In this document: positions 1-11,805 of the stretch, piece after piece | How positions within the stretch are numbered: the stretch's first letter is position 1 | Layout of the letters: the number at the start of each line of letters is the position of its first letter | Origin: Rhynchobatus australiae | Taxonomy: Eukaryota | Direction: 5' to 3' | DNA length: 64,000 nt | Assembly (NCBI GenBank): GCA_034780895.1 | Contig: JAUZTB010000118.1 | Coordinates: forward strand, 26,058,753 to 26,122,752 | Notes under the pieces: generated by a model | Seen by the model: the letters and a program-made list of their open reading frames with translations, nothing else | What the model was told of the DNA's origin: nothing | Databases searched by the model: none | Made by a program: the position numbers and the translations under genes

Positions 1-220
1 GGCAGCCCGCAAGTGTCGCCACACTTCCAGCACCAACACAGCACGCCCACAACTTCCTAACCCGTACATCTTTGGAATGTGGGAGGAAACCGGAGCACCC
101 GGGGGAAACCCACGCAGACACGGGGGGAACGTACAAACTCCTTACAGACAGCAGCCGGAATTGAACCAGGGTCGCTGGTGCTGGAATAGCGTTACGCTAA
201 CCGCTACACTATACCGTGCC
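1..220 (-). mobile_element. tRNA-derived V-SINE (HE1-like), cut by window edge
   Basis: The reverse strand gives a head with A box (tagtgtagcgg) and B box (ggttcaattcc), then the V-domain TTTGTACGTTCCCCCCGTGTCTGCGTGGGTTTCC...GGTTTCCTCCCACA. Confidence 0.85.
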
Positions 221-224
221 TGCC

Positions 225-580
225 TAGAGGAGAGGGTGCAGAGAAGATTCACCAGGACGTTACCTGGCATGAAGTGTTTCAGTGATAAGGAGAGGCTGGA
301 AGGGCTGGGTTTGTTGTCTTTAGAGTGGAGGAGACTGAGGAGGAACTTCATGGAGATATAGAAATATTTTGAGGGGCAGAGATAGGGTAGATAATGAGAC
401 ACCTTTCTCCTTGGCAGAGGGAACTTTAACCACAGGACATAGGTTTAAGGCAAGGGTTAAGAAATTCAGGGCAGCAGGATCTGTGGAAGAACCTATTTCA
501 CTCAGAGGGTGGTTGCAATCAGGAATGCACTGCTTGGGGGGGCTTGGTGGAAGCAAGTCATCTCACAGCACTTCAATATT
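225..580 (+). mobile_element. CR1-like LINE 3' fragment
   Basis: LEERVQRRFTRTLPGMKCFSDKERLEGLGLLSLEWRRLR, typical of the CR1 ORF2 C-terminus. Confidence 0.85.
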
Positions 581-586
581 TCGATA

Positions 587-1020
587 GTCAAAGTTGAGTT
601 TATCGTCACATGCACAAGTACATGTGAGCACAGGTGCAATGAAAAACTTAAATTGCAGCAGCATCACAGGCACACAGCATCAGATATGCAACATTCACAA
701 TAAAAACAAATTATACAAGAAAATAACAATTAAAACAAAAAAAAACAAAGTCCATTGTAGTGCAAAGTGGTCATAGTGTTGCTGAACTGAGGTGGTGACT
801 AGCGTTGTGTAGGTTGGTTCAAGAACTGGATGGTTGAAGGGAAGGAGCTGTTCTTGAACCTGGTGGTGTGGGACTTCAGGCTTCTGTACCTCCTGCCCAA
901 TGGTAGCTGTGAGAAGATGGCATGGCCCAGATGGTGGGGATCTTTGATGATGGATGTTGTCTTCTTGAGGGAGCGCCTTGTAGATACCACTGATGGTGGT
1001 GAAGGATGTGCCTGTGACGT
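587..1020 (-). mobile_element. Rex1/Babar-type LINE 3' end
   Basis: SIIKDPHHLGHAIFSQLPLGRRYRSLKSHTTRFKNSSFPSTIQFLN plus a 3'UTR shared with the copies at 8206 and 45020. Confidence 0.8.
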
Positions 1021-2259
1021 ACTGTGCATTGATACATTGAAATGGTTTGAAATCAATATGATTTCTGTGAGGAAAGCAAAAGGCTTCTTAAGAACTATAA
1101 CATCTTTAAACATAACAGGATCATATTATCTGATAGTCATTTAGCCATTGGATGCCAGTAATACAGGAACAAGAACACGAGCAATTGTGGTAGAAGTCAG
1201 CCAACCAACTCCTCAAGCCTGTTCCACTATCCAAGAAGATTATCAAATCTATTAGTAGATGAGGAAAAAGAATAACCCATAATCAATATTATGTAAATCA
1301 ATCACAGACAAACCCAAAAGTAACTGATGATCTCTGCAAGGAATGCATGTGGAGGTTTCTTTCTAATGTTAAACACTGAGTTCATTGAGTGAGTTAGCTG
1401 TATCATTTATGTCCAAAGTGGCAGCACTGATATCAAATAAACACTACCTACTATTTACAATTCAACATGCATAATCATTGCATGTGCTATCACCCTTCAG
1501 AATATGGGAGATATTATATCATGCTAAAAAATGTATGCTATAAATAGAAAGCAAATCAGTGCCTACAAAGGTTAGACAACAAGTAGTTGGATGCCAGAAT
1601 GCATGGTGACTGTTTCCTGTAGCTCTTCTTGCTCAATAAAATACGCATGATTCTTCCTAAAAATAGAATACTGTTTTACTGAAAAGTGCAAGAAACGAGC
1701 ATCTTAACATACATATTTACATTTTTGACCCAATGGTGGTATACTGATACATGTTGGAGGCATGGGATGTAATTTGAATTATAGACAGATGTGTGAAGTA
1801 CATGTTATTGGCTCAGATACCTGTCACAGATCTCTGCCCTTTCCAGGCACAACCTGATGAAAAAAGGTATGCTTTTAGGTCATTTTAAATCATTTGAAAA
1901 AATCAGGATATCATATAAAGGGATCTTCAGATATTGAAGAAATAGATTGATAAACAACAAATACTATTTAATNNNNNNNNNNNNNNNNNNNNNNNNNNNN
2001 NNNNNNNNNNNNNNNNNNNNNNNNNNNNNNNNNNNNNNNNNNNNNNNNNNNNNNNNNNNNNNNNNNNNNNNNTGAATCATAATATAATGCCTTTGTTATT
2101 ATTTCATATGAATAAAGGGCAGGAAACAATAAATTGCTATACTACATCATTACAATTTTAACAGGAAAAAATATATATCTTTAATAAACATTATTTCCCC
2201 CATTCCTTTTCTTCCATTGTGTAAGTACTAAACTCAAATCAGGTTAAGTTTCAAAGGTG

Positions 2260-2490
2260 GACACACAAGAAACTGCAGATACTGGAATCAGGAACATCAA
2301 ACAATCTGCTAGAGGAACTCCGCAGGTTGAGCAGCATATGTAGGGTGGAGGGAGAAGGGCGGAGGGGAGGGAATTGTCAATGTTTTGGGTCCTGATGCAG
2401 AGTTCCAACTTGAAACATCAACAATTCCTTTTCCCTGACAGATGCTGCTCAACCCACTGAATTCGTCCCGAAGATTATTTTTTGCTTGAG
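2260..2490. mobile_element. fold-back element made of inverted Penelope-like terminal repeats
   Basis: Arm gttgagcagcat...ggaattgtcaatgtttt is complementary to aaacatcaacaattcc...atgctgctcaac. Central CTGATGCAG...GAAAC. Confidence 0.7.
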
Positions 2491-3649
2491 TTTCAAAGGT
2501 GTTCCTAATGTTCCAGTACTTTGGTCAAGTTGTCACCTTTGTGTATATGCCTAGCTAATGAGTTCTGGGAGGCTACTTAACTTTCAAATGTATGGGGAAG
2601 GCAATATTACAGCCAAGTTTAATCTCTTTCCTCCTACGGATCAGGACAGAGCTCCATGGCCTATTTCTTTTCTTCGGTGTAAGTCCAAGCATATTAATAG
2701 CAATAGTAGTGCTCCCTCTTATATCAACTGAGATCAACTAACATGGCACTGTACAGGGACTGAAAACTTCAGAACATCTTCTGTGTCCTTTTTTAAACTT
2801 CTTTAAGGCATATAAATTAGAACTGTGATTGCCTTGAAAGAGATAACTCATTACTTTGGCAATTTTAACCAAAATGTTTTGCAAATAAATAAAAGAAAAA
2901 AAAAACATGCANNNNNNNNNNNNNNNNNNNNNNNNNNNNNNNNNNNNNNNNNNNNNNNNNNNNNNNNNNNNNNNNNNNNNNNNNNNNNNNNNNNNNNNNN
3001 NNNNNNNNNNNNNNNNNNNNNNNNNNNNNNNNNNNNNNNNNNNNNNNNNNNNNNNNNNNNNNNNNNNNNNNNNNNNNNNNNNNNNNNNNNNNNNNNNNNN
3101 NNNNNNNNNNNNNNNNNNNNNNNNNNNNNNNNNNNNNNNNNNNNNNNNNNNNNNNNNNNNNNNNNNNNNNNNNNNNNNNNNNNNNNNNNNNNNNNNNNNN
3201 NNNNNNNNNNNNNNNNNNNNNNNNNNNNNNNNNNNNNNNNNNNNNNNNNNNNNNNNNNNNNNNNNNNNNNNNNNNNNNNNNNNNNNNNNNNNNNNNNNNN
3301 NNNNNNNNNNNNNNNNNNNNNNNNNNNNNNNNNNNNNNNNNNNNNNNNNNNNNNNNNNNNNNNNNNNNNNNNNNNNNNNNNNNNNNNNNNNNNNNNNNNN
3401 NNNNNNNNNNNNNNNNNNNNNNNNNNNNNNNNNNNNNNNNNNNNNNNNNNNNNNNNNNNNNNNNNNNNNNNNNNNNNNNNNNNNNNNNNNNNNNNNNNNN
3501 NNNNNNNNNNNNNNNNNNNNNNNNNNNNNNNNNNNNNNNNNNNNNNNNNNNNNNNNNNNNNNNNNNNNNNNNNNNNNNNNNNNNNNNNNNNNNNNNNNNN
3601 NNNNNNNNNNNNNNNNNNNNNNNAAAAAAATGTCAACCAAGCCTCCACA

Positions 3650-4520
3650 GACTCCATGGGTAGAAAATTCCAAAGATGAAAAGATTCCTTTCCAACTCAC
3701 TCCTGAATGGCCAACCTCTTCTTTTGAGAATCTGAGTCCTTGTTCAATGACATCACCTTTCATTCTTCTAACCCCGAACAAAGTATTAACCCAGATATTG
3801 ACCCGGTCTGTTTAATTTCTCATCATATTAGAAACTTTTCACTCTAGGAATCAGTCTGGTGAATGTTCACTGCACCCCCACTATTACAAGTACATCCTTC
3901 CTTAGATAGGATGACCAGATTATTCCAGATGTGGCCTCACCAGGGGTCTGTATATTAGGAGCAATACATGTTCTTTAGTATTCAAATTATTTTGCGAACA
4001 AGGACCAACGTAGAAATTCCATTCCTAGTTGCTTGCTGAACATGTATGCTAAATTGGAGTGATTTGCATACTAGGACATAAGTCCCTCCAATTGCCAACA
4101 CTTTTAAATCTTTCACCATTTAAAAAAATCCTTCACCTTTCTATATTTTTGGAAGTAGATAACCTCACATTTTTCGGTATTACATACCATCTGCCGTCCC
4201 CTTCCCCATTCATTTAGTCTGTCTATATCCCTCAAAGCCTCTCCACACTTTCCTTCTCAGCCCAGACTGCTGCTTAGCGTAGTATCAAGAGCAACCTTGG
4301 CTATATTACACTTAACCCCCTCATGCAAATCACTGATAGATTATGAATAGCTGAAGCCCCAGAATCAAGAACTCATGTTAAGCTATCTGTAATCCCCTGG
4401 TTTCCTATTCCCTCCTTTCTTAAAGAGTGAGATTACACTAGCTACCTTCCAATCTGTGGTAACTGTTCTAAAGTCTATGGAATTTTGAAAGATGACAACT
4501 AGAGCATCCACTACTTCCAC
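3650..4520 (-). mobile_element. old CR1-like LINE RT remnant
   Basis: Decayed CR1 hallmarks such as tattccagatgtggcctcacca and ataacctcacatttt. Reverse translation near 3780 gives GVRRMKGDVIE. Confidence 0.65.
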
Positions 4521-6379
4521 CTTTTCAAATGCAGCCAGACCATTAAAGCGCACCAAAATAAATTCCCATTAGTGGGTGGTGCAGATGTGAAGGGTAGTTA
4601 AGGATGGGAAGGGAGAAAGAGCTTCAAAGTTGGAAGTGAGGTTTTGTTAGGGATGTGATCAAGGTTTCAGTGGGTGGGGAATGATGCTTTGTCAGTTGCA
4701 GACCTCAGGTGCAGAAATTTAGCTTGGATGCATATGATCTGATGATAAGTTGGATGCTTTATGCAGGGCATGGTTGCTTAACTTTGGATATTAGCATCAT
4801 AGGTTTCTGGTAGGTTGTCTATGTCAAGGCGTTTAGCTTAGTGGAAGAGAGTCTGATTCTGCAAATCAGACAAAGAAAAGAGAATGGGTAAGAATTTGGG
4901 CACCTAGATTATCACCTGAGGAGCAAGAACTTGCAAAAGCTGTGCCTGGGGTAATGTGTGCAAGAGAAATTACCAGGTTACTCCCAAAGTCCCTGAGAGT
5001 TGATTCAAATATAGAATGGTTTTCAGCATACAGCTGATACAAGGAGTTGGAAATACCACTCAAGTTTTATTTTATTCATAACAACATCATGTTGTTATTT
5101 ATTTAGGAAGAAATAGCAAGCCAACAAATTATAGATTAATATTTCAATATTCTGAAAATCATATTTCTTGTTTTATAAGGATAAACTCAGATTTTCGTTA
5201 TATACACGCCAGTTTAATAAACACTTAACAGATGCCTTTCATCTAACATTAACAAACAATTTATTATTTTAATTTTAGAATAAATAATCCTCTGGAAACC
5301 TCTGAGACTCAAAACTTTTCTGAAGTGGAGAAGGAAACAGTGGATGACTAATCCCTAAACCCAACTAATATGGTCACAACTGCAAAAGAGAAACACAACA
5401 AGCAAGACATCAGCTTTTTAGATTTGCATTTTCCTTTCCCACTTACAATGTCTGCCAGAAAAAATGTGAATTACTTCAAATCATTAAGCCATATAACTAT
5501 TACTCCTGCAGTCGTTTGCCACTGAATGCAGCATTTTACTGATTCAATAAAGTTTCTTTTTGGAACCTCAAGATCAATCCATGTGTAATCTGCTAAGAAT
5601 GTCAGGAGCAAATTACTCACAATGGAACTTGAAGATAATTCTTCTCATCCTCTTGTTCCACCAGTCCATCCAGGTGCTGGAGATCAAGGATTTTGGATAT
5701 ATTGCTCAAAAAGTCTTTGAAAGTTGTTGTGGTGTGTTCTTCAGATAATGCACATTGCAGCAACAATGTATTGAAGGTGGAGGTTGTGAAGGAGGCCTCA
5801 GTGAAGCAGAATGTTTTGTCCTGGATAAAGTTGAACTTTTTGAGCATTCTGCAACTGCACGCATCCAAATTAATGGAGAGTATCCTTTCAGACTCATGTC
5901 ATGTATCCTGTAGTAGTGGAAAGGTTTTGGAAAGTCAGGAGGTGAACTAAAAAAAACAGTTTCTGATCTGGTTGCCACAGCAGATAAATTCAGATTAATG
6001 GTTATTGATGAAGGGGGGGGGCATGGTGATGATGATACTAATGAATTTCTGGAGAAAGTGATTAGATTCCTGCTTGTTGGAGATAGCTTCTCTGCTATTG
6101 TATCTAAAATCATTGTAATAACAAGTAAAATTTGATTGCTGTCTTATTGTTCATATGCACACAAGTAATCTTTAGAGTGCAGGTGGGCACTAATTCCTTT
6201 TAACCTGAGGTCTTCCATGATCAGTGGGTTCTGCATAGGGTGGGCTGTTTCATTTTAACAGATTTACCAATAGATTACATGATATTTACTTAAGAGATTC
6301 CAGTTTGGTCAATCTTTCCTGATGTTTTTTTTTCATAAGTACATAAGTACATTTGATTCTGACCAAGAGTGTTTGAAAC

Positions 6380-6830
6380 TTAAGGTTGGAAAAGGATAGA
6401 ATTGCTGGTTGTTGAATTCAATGTTGAGTCCAGAAGGTTGTAATGCGATAGGTCAGAAGAGGGGGTTCTATTCCTCAGGCTTTTGCTGAGCTTTGTTGGA
6501 ACAGTGCAGGAGACTAAAGACGGGTAAGTTAGAGGTGGAATGGGATGGAAGATTAAAGTGACAGGTGACTTCAAGCTGAGTGTTACCCTGGTGGACTGAA
6601 CGACAGGGTTCTGCAAAGCAACCACCCAGTTTGATTTTGGTTTCCCAATGTGGAGGAGACCACATTGTAATCTTCAATTACTGTATACTAAATTGTAAGA
6701 AGTACAAATATTTTGGATGGAGTATTTGAGTCCCCAGACAATAGGAAGGAAGGAGGTCAAAGGACAGGTATTGCATCTCCAGGATTGCCAGGAAGGTACC
6801 TCGAGAAGGGAAAGGATATTAGTGGGATGG
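6380..6830 (-). mobile_element. Penelope-like element, GIY-YIG endonuclease C-terminal remnant
   Basis: ETKIKLGGCFAEPCRSV..VTCHFNLPSHSTSNLPVFSLLHC..QKPEE..LQPSGLNIEFN resembles the PLE consensus GETKRRLGDRFAEHLRSV..CHFNSPSHS..KLEEQHLIFRLG.LQP.GLNIEF. Confidence 0.75.
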
Positions 6831-7109
6831 ATGCAGTTTATAGGTTTCTGTAGTTTAACATAATTCAAAGTTTCCTCAGAAAATATGCATAGCTCAGTGT
6901 AAAAATGGGACCAATATAGCTGATATACAAAATACTAATATTACTAAAATTTGTCATAAATTCAATCCAAGACACCTGTAAGTTCAGCTGCCCAACCTCT
7001 GGAATCCTCTCACACTCCCTAGTCCTGATAATATATTCCTTAAAATTTACCTCTTTGACTAATGTTTCTGAGTTCTCTCAGCTGGGTGTCAAATTATGTT
7101 CAGCTACTT

Positions 7110-7610
7110 ATTTTCCCCCGAGCAAAGGAGGTTGAGGGGTGATATGATAGAGGTATAGAAAATTAAGAGAGGCATAGATAGGGTAGTTATCCAGTGTCTA
7201 TTCCCCATGATCGGGATGTCTAAAATGTGAGGGCATAGGATTCAGGTGAGAGGGAGGAGGTTAAAAGGGGATCTGAGGGGTAAGTTTTTCACACAGAGTA
7301 GTTGGTATCTGGAATGAACTGCCAGAGGAGGTGGTGGAAGGAGGAAAAGTAACAACATTTAAGAGACATCTGAACAGGTACTTGAATGATCAGGGGATAG
7401 ATCAATATGGAACTANNNNNNNNNNNNNNNNNNNNNNNNNNNNNNNNNNNNNNNNNNNNNNNNNNNNNNNNNNNNNNNNNNNNNNNNNNNNNNNNNNNNN
7501 NNNNNNNNNNNNNNNGGAACTAATGCAGGTAAGTGGGATTAGTATAGATAGGCATGATGGTGAGCAAAGATGTGGTAGATGAAGGGTCTGTTTCTATGCT
7601 GTACCAACCC
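7110..7610 (+). mobile_element. CR1-like LINE 3' end
   Basis: aggaggttgaggggtgatatgatagaggt...FFTQRVVGIWNELPEEVVE...TFKRHL and the gaagggtctgtttctatgctgta tail. Confidence 0.85.
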
Positions 7611-7949
7611 TCTGACAATGGCATTCCTCCGAAAAGCCTTGGAAGATTTCACTCTGTTAAAGGCATTACAGAAATCTCAGTTGCTTGTGTCAATTTTTTT
7701 GAATATTTCAGAGTAATCTGAGCATATAAAAAGAATGGTAGATGATATATCAGGTGACACAATTCATTGCATTCATGGTAAGGCACTACAGCAGTTGAAA
7801 TTGGTAAAGTCAATGGGTAGAAACATTGGCCTGGAATCACATCTACATGAACCTAAACAGAGAGAACCAAGAGTAGGCTTGATTTAAACTTATGGAGTAA
7901 TTTAAATATTCCCCTTGAAACGCCCATTCTTGTTTAATATTAGTCATTA

Positions 7950-9045
7950 GAGAATGTGCACACAATGGTCAAGGCCAGCATTTATCATCCAGCCTAATAG
8001 CCCATAAAACACTGATGGTGATCCACCTTCTTCAAAGCCTATGGTGGTGTTACTGTTAAGTGAGGGGTCCCACAGTTCTGTTTGCTAACGAATTCAAGGA
8101 ATTTGACTGAGAGACAATTAAGGATTGGCAAAATATTTCCAATATAATTTTGAGGGGAACTTGCATGTGTTCTGTTCCCTTGCATGTGCTAGTCTTGAAC
8201 TTCTCAAAGTCAAAAGTCAAAGTCAAATTTATTGTCATATACACAAGTACATATATGCACAGGTGCAATGAAAAANNNNNNNNNNNNNNNNNNNNNNNNN
8301 NNNNNNNNNNNNNNNNNNNNNNNNNNNNNNNNNNNNNNNNNNNNNNNNNNNNNNNNNNNNNNNNNNNNNNNNNNNTACACAAGTACATATATGCACAGGT
8401 GCAATGAAAAATTTACTTGCAACAGCATCACAGGCATATAGCATCATATCAGCAGCATTCACAAGAAAAGCATAAATTATACACAATATTTCCAAGAAAG
8501 AGCACAATTAGAACAAAAAAATCAAAGTCCATTTTAGTTCAAAGGGGGTCATAGTGTTGCTATACTGTAGTGATTAGGTTTTTGCTGGTTGGTTCAAGAA
8601 CCAAATGGTTGAAGGAAAGTAGTTGTTCTTGAACCTGGTGGTGTGGGACTTCAGTCTTTTGTACCTTCTGCCCAACGGTAGCTGCAAGAAGATGAAATGG
8701 CCTAGAGAGTGGGGATCTTTGATGATGGATGTTGCCTTCTTGAGGCAGCACCCCCTGTAGATACTACTGATGATGGGGAGGGATGTCCCCGTGATGTCTC
8801 AGTGGCAGGTCTTGGAAGTAATGTCTAAGCAGCTTCGGTGAATGACAGCAGTACTTTTTTGAGGTGGTACACACTGTCCTGGTTTAGGGAGAAGTGAATT
8901 GGTAATATGGTGAATTGCATGCTGATCAAGAGGGGTGCTTTGTCCCAGATGGGGTCGAACTTGTTGAGTATTGTTGGAGCTGCAGACATGCAGGCAAGGA
9001 GAGAGAAATCCTCACACTTATGGCCAGTGGAAAACATTAGGAAAT
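7950..9045 (-). mobile_element. old LINE (L2/Crack-like) 3' remnant interrupted by a Rex-type element
   Basis: LLACMSAAPTILNKFDPIWDKAPLLI at 8825-9037 and a tail ggccagcatttat..cctaatagccc near 7975. The same family occurs at 23790-24200. Confidence 0.55.
8206..8800 (-). mobile_element. Rex1/Babar-type LINE 3' end with (TTTGAC)n tail
   Basis: High identity to 587-1020 and 45020-45395. The tail appears as tcaaagtcaaaagtcaaagtcaaa. Confidence 0.8.
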
Positions 9046-9784
9046 CTAGAGGTTAGTCAAAAAAATGCCCAGACACTTATCTTCTCTTGCGGAAATGGCT
9101 GGTCTAGTTACATTTCTAACCCTCAGTAAATCGATGGCAAAGTCAATGAATGTCAAAAGGCCTCAGCCCGGAAAGCCTGACCTGCTGAGTTCCTCCAGCA
9201 CTTCTTGTGTATTGCTCCAGATTCCAGCATCTGCAGAATTCTTTGTATCTCTGTGAATATCAAAAGGAGGTGGTTAGTCTCTGTTTTGCTGGAAACATTC
9301 ATGTTCTGGCATTTGTGTGGCAGATTGAATATGCATCCTATTGCAAAATTGATACATTTTATACCCNNNNNNNNNNNNNNNNNNNNNNNNNNNNNNNNNN
9401 NNNNNNNNNNNNNNNNNNNNNTAAAAGTGCATATTAAGAATAGGATTTGGCATCAGCACTCTGCTTTTGACTAACCTGCTAACACTCTTAATGAAGCTTG
9501 AATCATGAAGAATAACCACATTATCATAACAAGGAGTAACCAACAGGTATGGGGTCCCTATTGAGAAACCAACCCTGTCAGTTTCTTTATTTTTCCAATC
9601 ATCCTTACATTTCAACGATCCCAGCAAATAAAGTAATTCCAAATAAAGTAAATCCAAAAAATGAACAATTATGCTGCATTTATTTTAAAAAAGGACAGGG
9701 AAAACAATGGCATAATTCAATTTTATTTTTTTTATCTCAGTACCCTAAGAGAACTTCAATCTGTGTGTTGAAGGATTCACTACA

Positions 9785-9995
9785 TGGCAAATGCTGGAGT
9801 GTGGAGCAACAAGCAATCTGTTGGAGCAACTCAGTGTGTTGAACAGTATCTGTTGGGGGAAAAGAACCGTCGACATTTGGGGTCGAAAACCTGCACAGAC
9901 CTGATGCTGGGATTCAACCTCAAACGTAAACAATTCCTTTTCCCCCACCGATGCTGCTCGACCCACTGAGTTCCTCCAGCAGATTGCTTATGGTT
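9785..9995. mobile_element. fold-back element made of inverted Penelope-like terminal repeats
   Basis: aagcaatctgttggagcaactcagtg.. is complementary to ..cactgagttcctccagcagattgctt. Same family as 2260-2490. Confidence 0.72.
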
Positions 9996-10073
9996 GTTAG
10001 GTAATCCGGGTTCAGGATCTTGACCTGGTGACAATAGAATATCAATGATGTTTTATTCATAAAATCTGCAAGT

Positions 10074-10365
10074 AAGATATCTTTATTAGTCACATGTACA
10101 TCAAAACACACAGTAAAGTGCATCATTGTGTAAAGTGTTCTGGGGGCAGCCTGCAAGTGCTGCCATGCTTCCAGTGCTAACATAGCATGCCCACAACTTC
10201 CTAACCATTACATCTTTGGAATGTGGGAGGAACCAGAGCTCCCAGGGAAAACACACGCAGACATGGGGAGAACGTAAAAACTCCTTACAGACAGCTGCCA
10301 GAATTGAACCTGGGTCGCTGGTGCTGTAATAGTGTTATGCTAACCGCTACACTACTGTGCCTGCC
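10074..10365 (-). mobile_element. V-SINE, full-length copy of the family at 1-220
   Basis: Colinear with 1-220 (ggcagcctgcaagtg..ggaatgtgggaggaa..ctaaccgctacactactgtgcc) and includes the 3' tail. Confidence 0.85.
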
Positions 10366-10714
10366 TATATAAGATTCATATATAAATATCTTATACTGTG
10401 CTCTCATGTATTATCATTCTCAGTACAAGCCATAGCTGTCTATGAATATTATATCAGCATTACATACATCTCTCGAGCAAACAGTACCAGGGACTTTCAT
10501 GCAGATCTCACTCCCTCAATATACATTGACTGTGGAGGTAGGAACTCTGGCTTTTCCCTATCGAGGCTCTGTGACAGCTGCACCAAACTTTCCTGATCAC
10601 ATACCACTGGACAATGGAATTGGCCAGTAGCATCTCATGGACAGCACCCTGAACTGGAAGAACAGAATGTTTCTGCCAATCCAGAGGGCACCTTTCACCG
10701 AGTTGATGTGAGGA

Positions 10715-11140
10715 GCGCTAGGTTAGAGGTGCAAAGAACATCATAGCCCCAGCAACCTAGGTTCAATTCCGACCTTCTGTGTGGAGATACCTTCTGTGTA
10801 GAGCTTGCACGTTCTCCTTGTGATGCATGGGTTTTAGCAGGTGCTCTGGCCATCATAAACTGCCCCTTCAGTGCAGGTAACTGGCAAAACAATCAAAAGG
10901 GATTTGAAGGGCCTGTAAGAGTGACAAAATGGAAGGTTTAGAGGGAAATAAGAGGGAGAGTGGGACTAATAGCATTGCTGCTCTACATGGACTATNNNNN
11001 NNNNNNNNNNNNNNNNNNNNNNNNNNNNNNNNNNNNNNNNNNNNNNNNNNNNNNNNNNNNNNNNNNNNNNNNNNNNNNNNNNNNNNNNNNNNNNNTAGCA
11101 TTGCTGCTCTACATGGACTATGGGTTGAATGATCCCCAGT
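10715..11140 (+). mobile_element. degenerate V-SINE with LINE-derived tail
   Basis: B box ggttcaattcc and gagcttgcacgttctcc..gcatgggttt V-domain. It contains a gap. Confidence 0.6.
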
Positions 11141-11184
11141 GTCAATTAAAAACCAAATTGTAGTTGATAAGATTCATGCCTCAG

Positions 11185-11470
11185 GAACATATAGAACATT
11201 GAACAGCACAGGAACAGGCCCTTCAGCCCACATTGTCTGTGCCGAACACAATGCCAAGTTAAACTAAATCTTTTCTGCCTGCATGTGATCCATATCTCTC
11301 CATCCCCTGCATCTGCATGTACCTGTCTAAAGGCCTCTTAAAAACTGCTATCATATCTGCTTTCCCCACTCCTCCGGGCAACCTTTTCCAGGCACCCACC
11401 ACTCTCTGGGTTAAAAAAAACTTGACCCGCACATCTCCATTCCCCCTCTCACCTTAAATGCATGTCTATT
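11185..11470 (-). mobile_element. CR1-like LINE 3' end just upstream of the tyrp1 promoter
   Basis: gaacagcacaggaacaggcccttcagcccac...ccaggcacccaccactctctgg. Same family as 26770 and 62860. Confidence 0.8.
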
Positions 11471-11709
11471 AAATGCATATGACCACAACCGGGTGTGAAA
11501 GTGAGAGGGAGGGTGGGACTGATAGGATTGCTGAATGCGGACTGTGGGTTGAATGGTGCACTGAGTCCATTAAAAAACTCTGTTGCAATTTCTGAGGCTC
11601 ATGTCTTAAGGGAAGATGACAACACAGTGTGGAAATACATGCAAGCTTAATGAAAGCATCATTTTTTTGAATAAAGGTCAGCAATCTTCCGCCTCATTAT
11701 TGACCTGAA

Positions 11710-11805
11710 AAAGAAATCACGAGGTGAACACCAGACGGTCCCCTGACATGGGCCGGTTCAGTATTTAAAGAGGATTCCCCAAAATAGGTGGAGAAGGGAT
11801 TAGTG
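11710..11805 (+). promoter_or_regulatory. tyrp1 core promoter (TATA-like box, degenerate M-box position, initiator region)
   Basis: TATTTAAA at 11762-11769, CATGGG at 11747-11752, and GGTGGAGAAGGGATTAGTG at 11787-11805. The order and spacing resemble the mouse Tyrp1 promoter as I recall it. There is no ATG between the TATA-like box and 12017. Confidence 0.65.

Noticed and set aside
150-220. tRNA gene-like A and B boxes (also in other SINE heads and near 47350)
   Set aside because: No complete cloverleaf is evident, and most are attached to SINE V-domains, so they are SINE heads.
2738-3815. Long ORFs containing X runs (also near 13740, 35535, 53361 and 58891)
   Set aside because: Artefacts of translating through N gaps and microsatellites.
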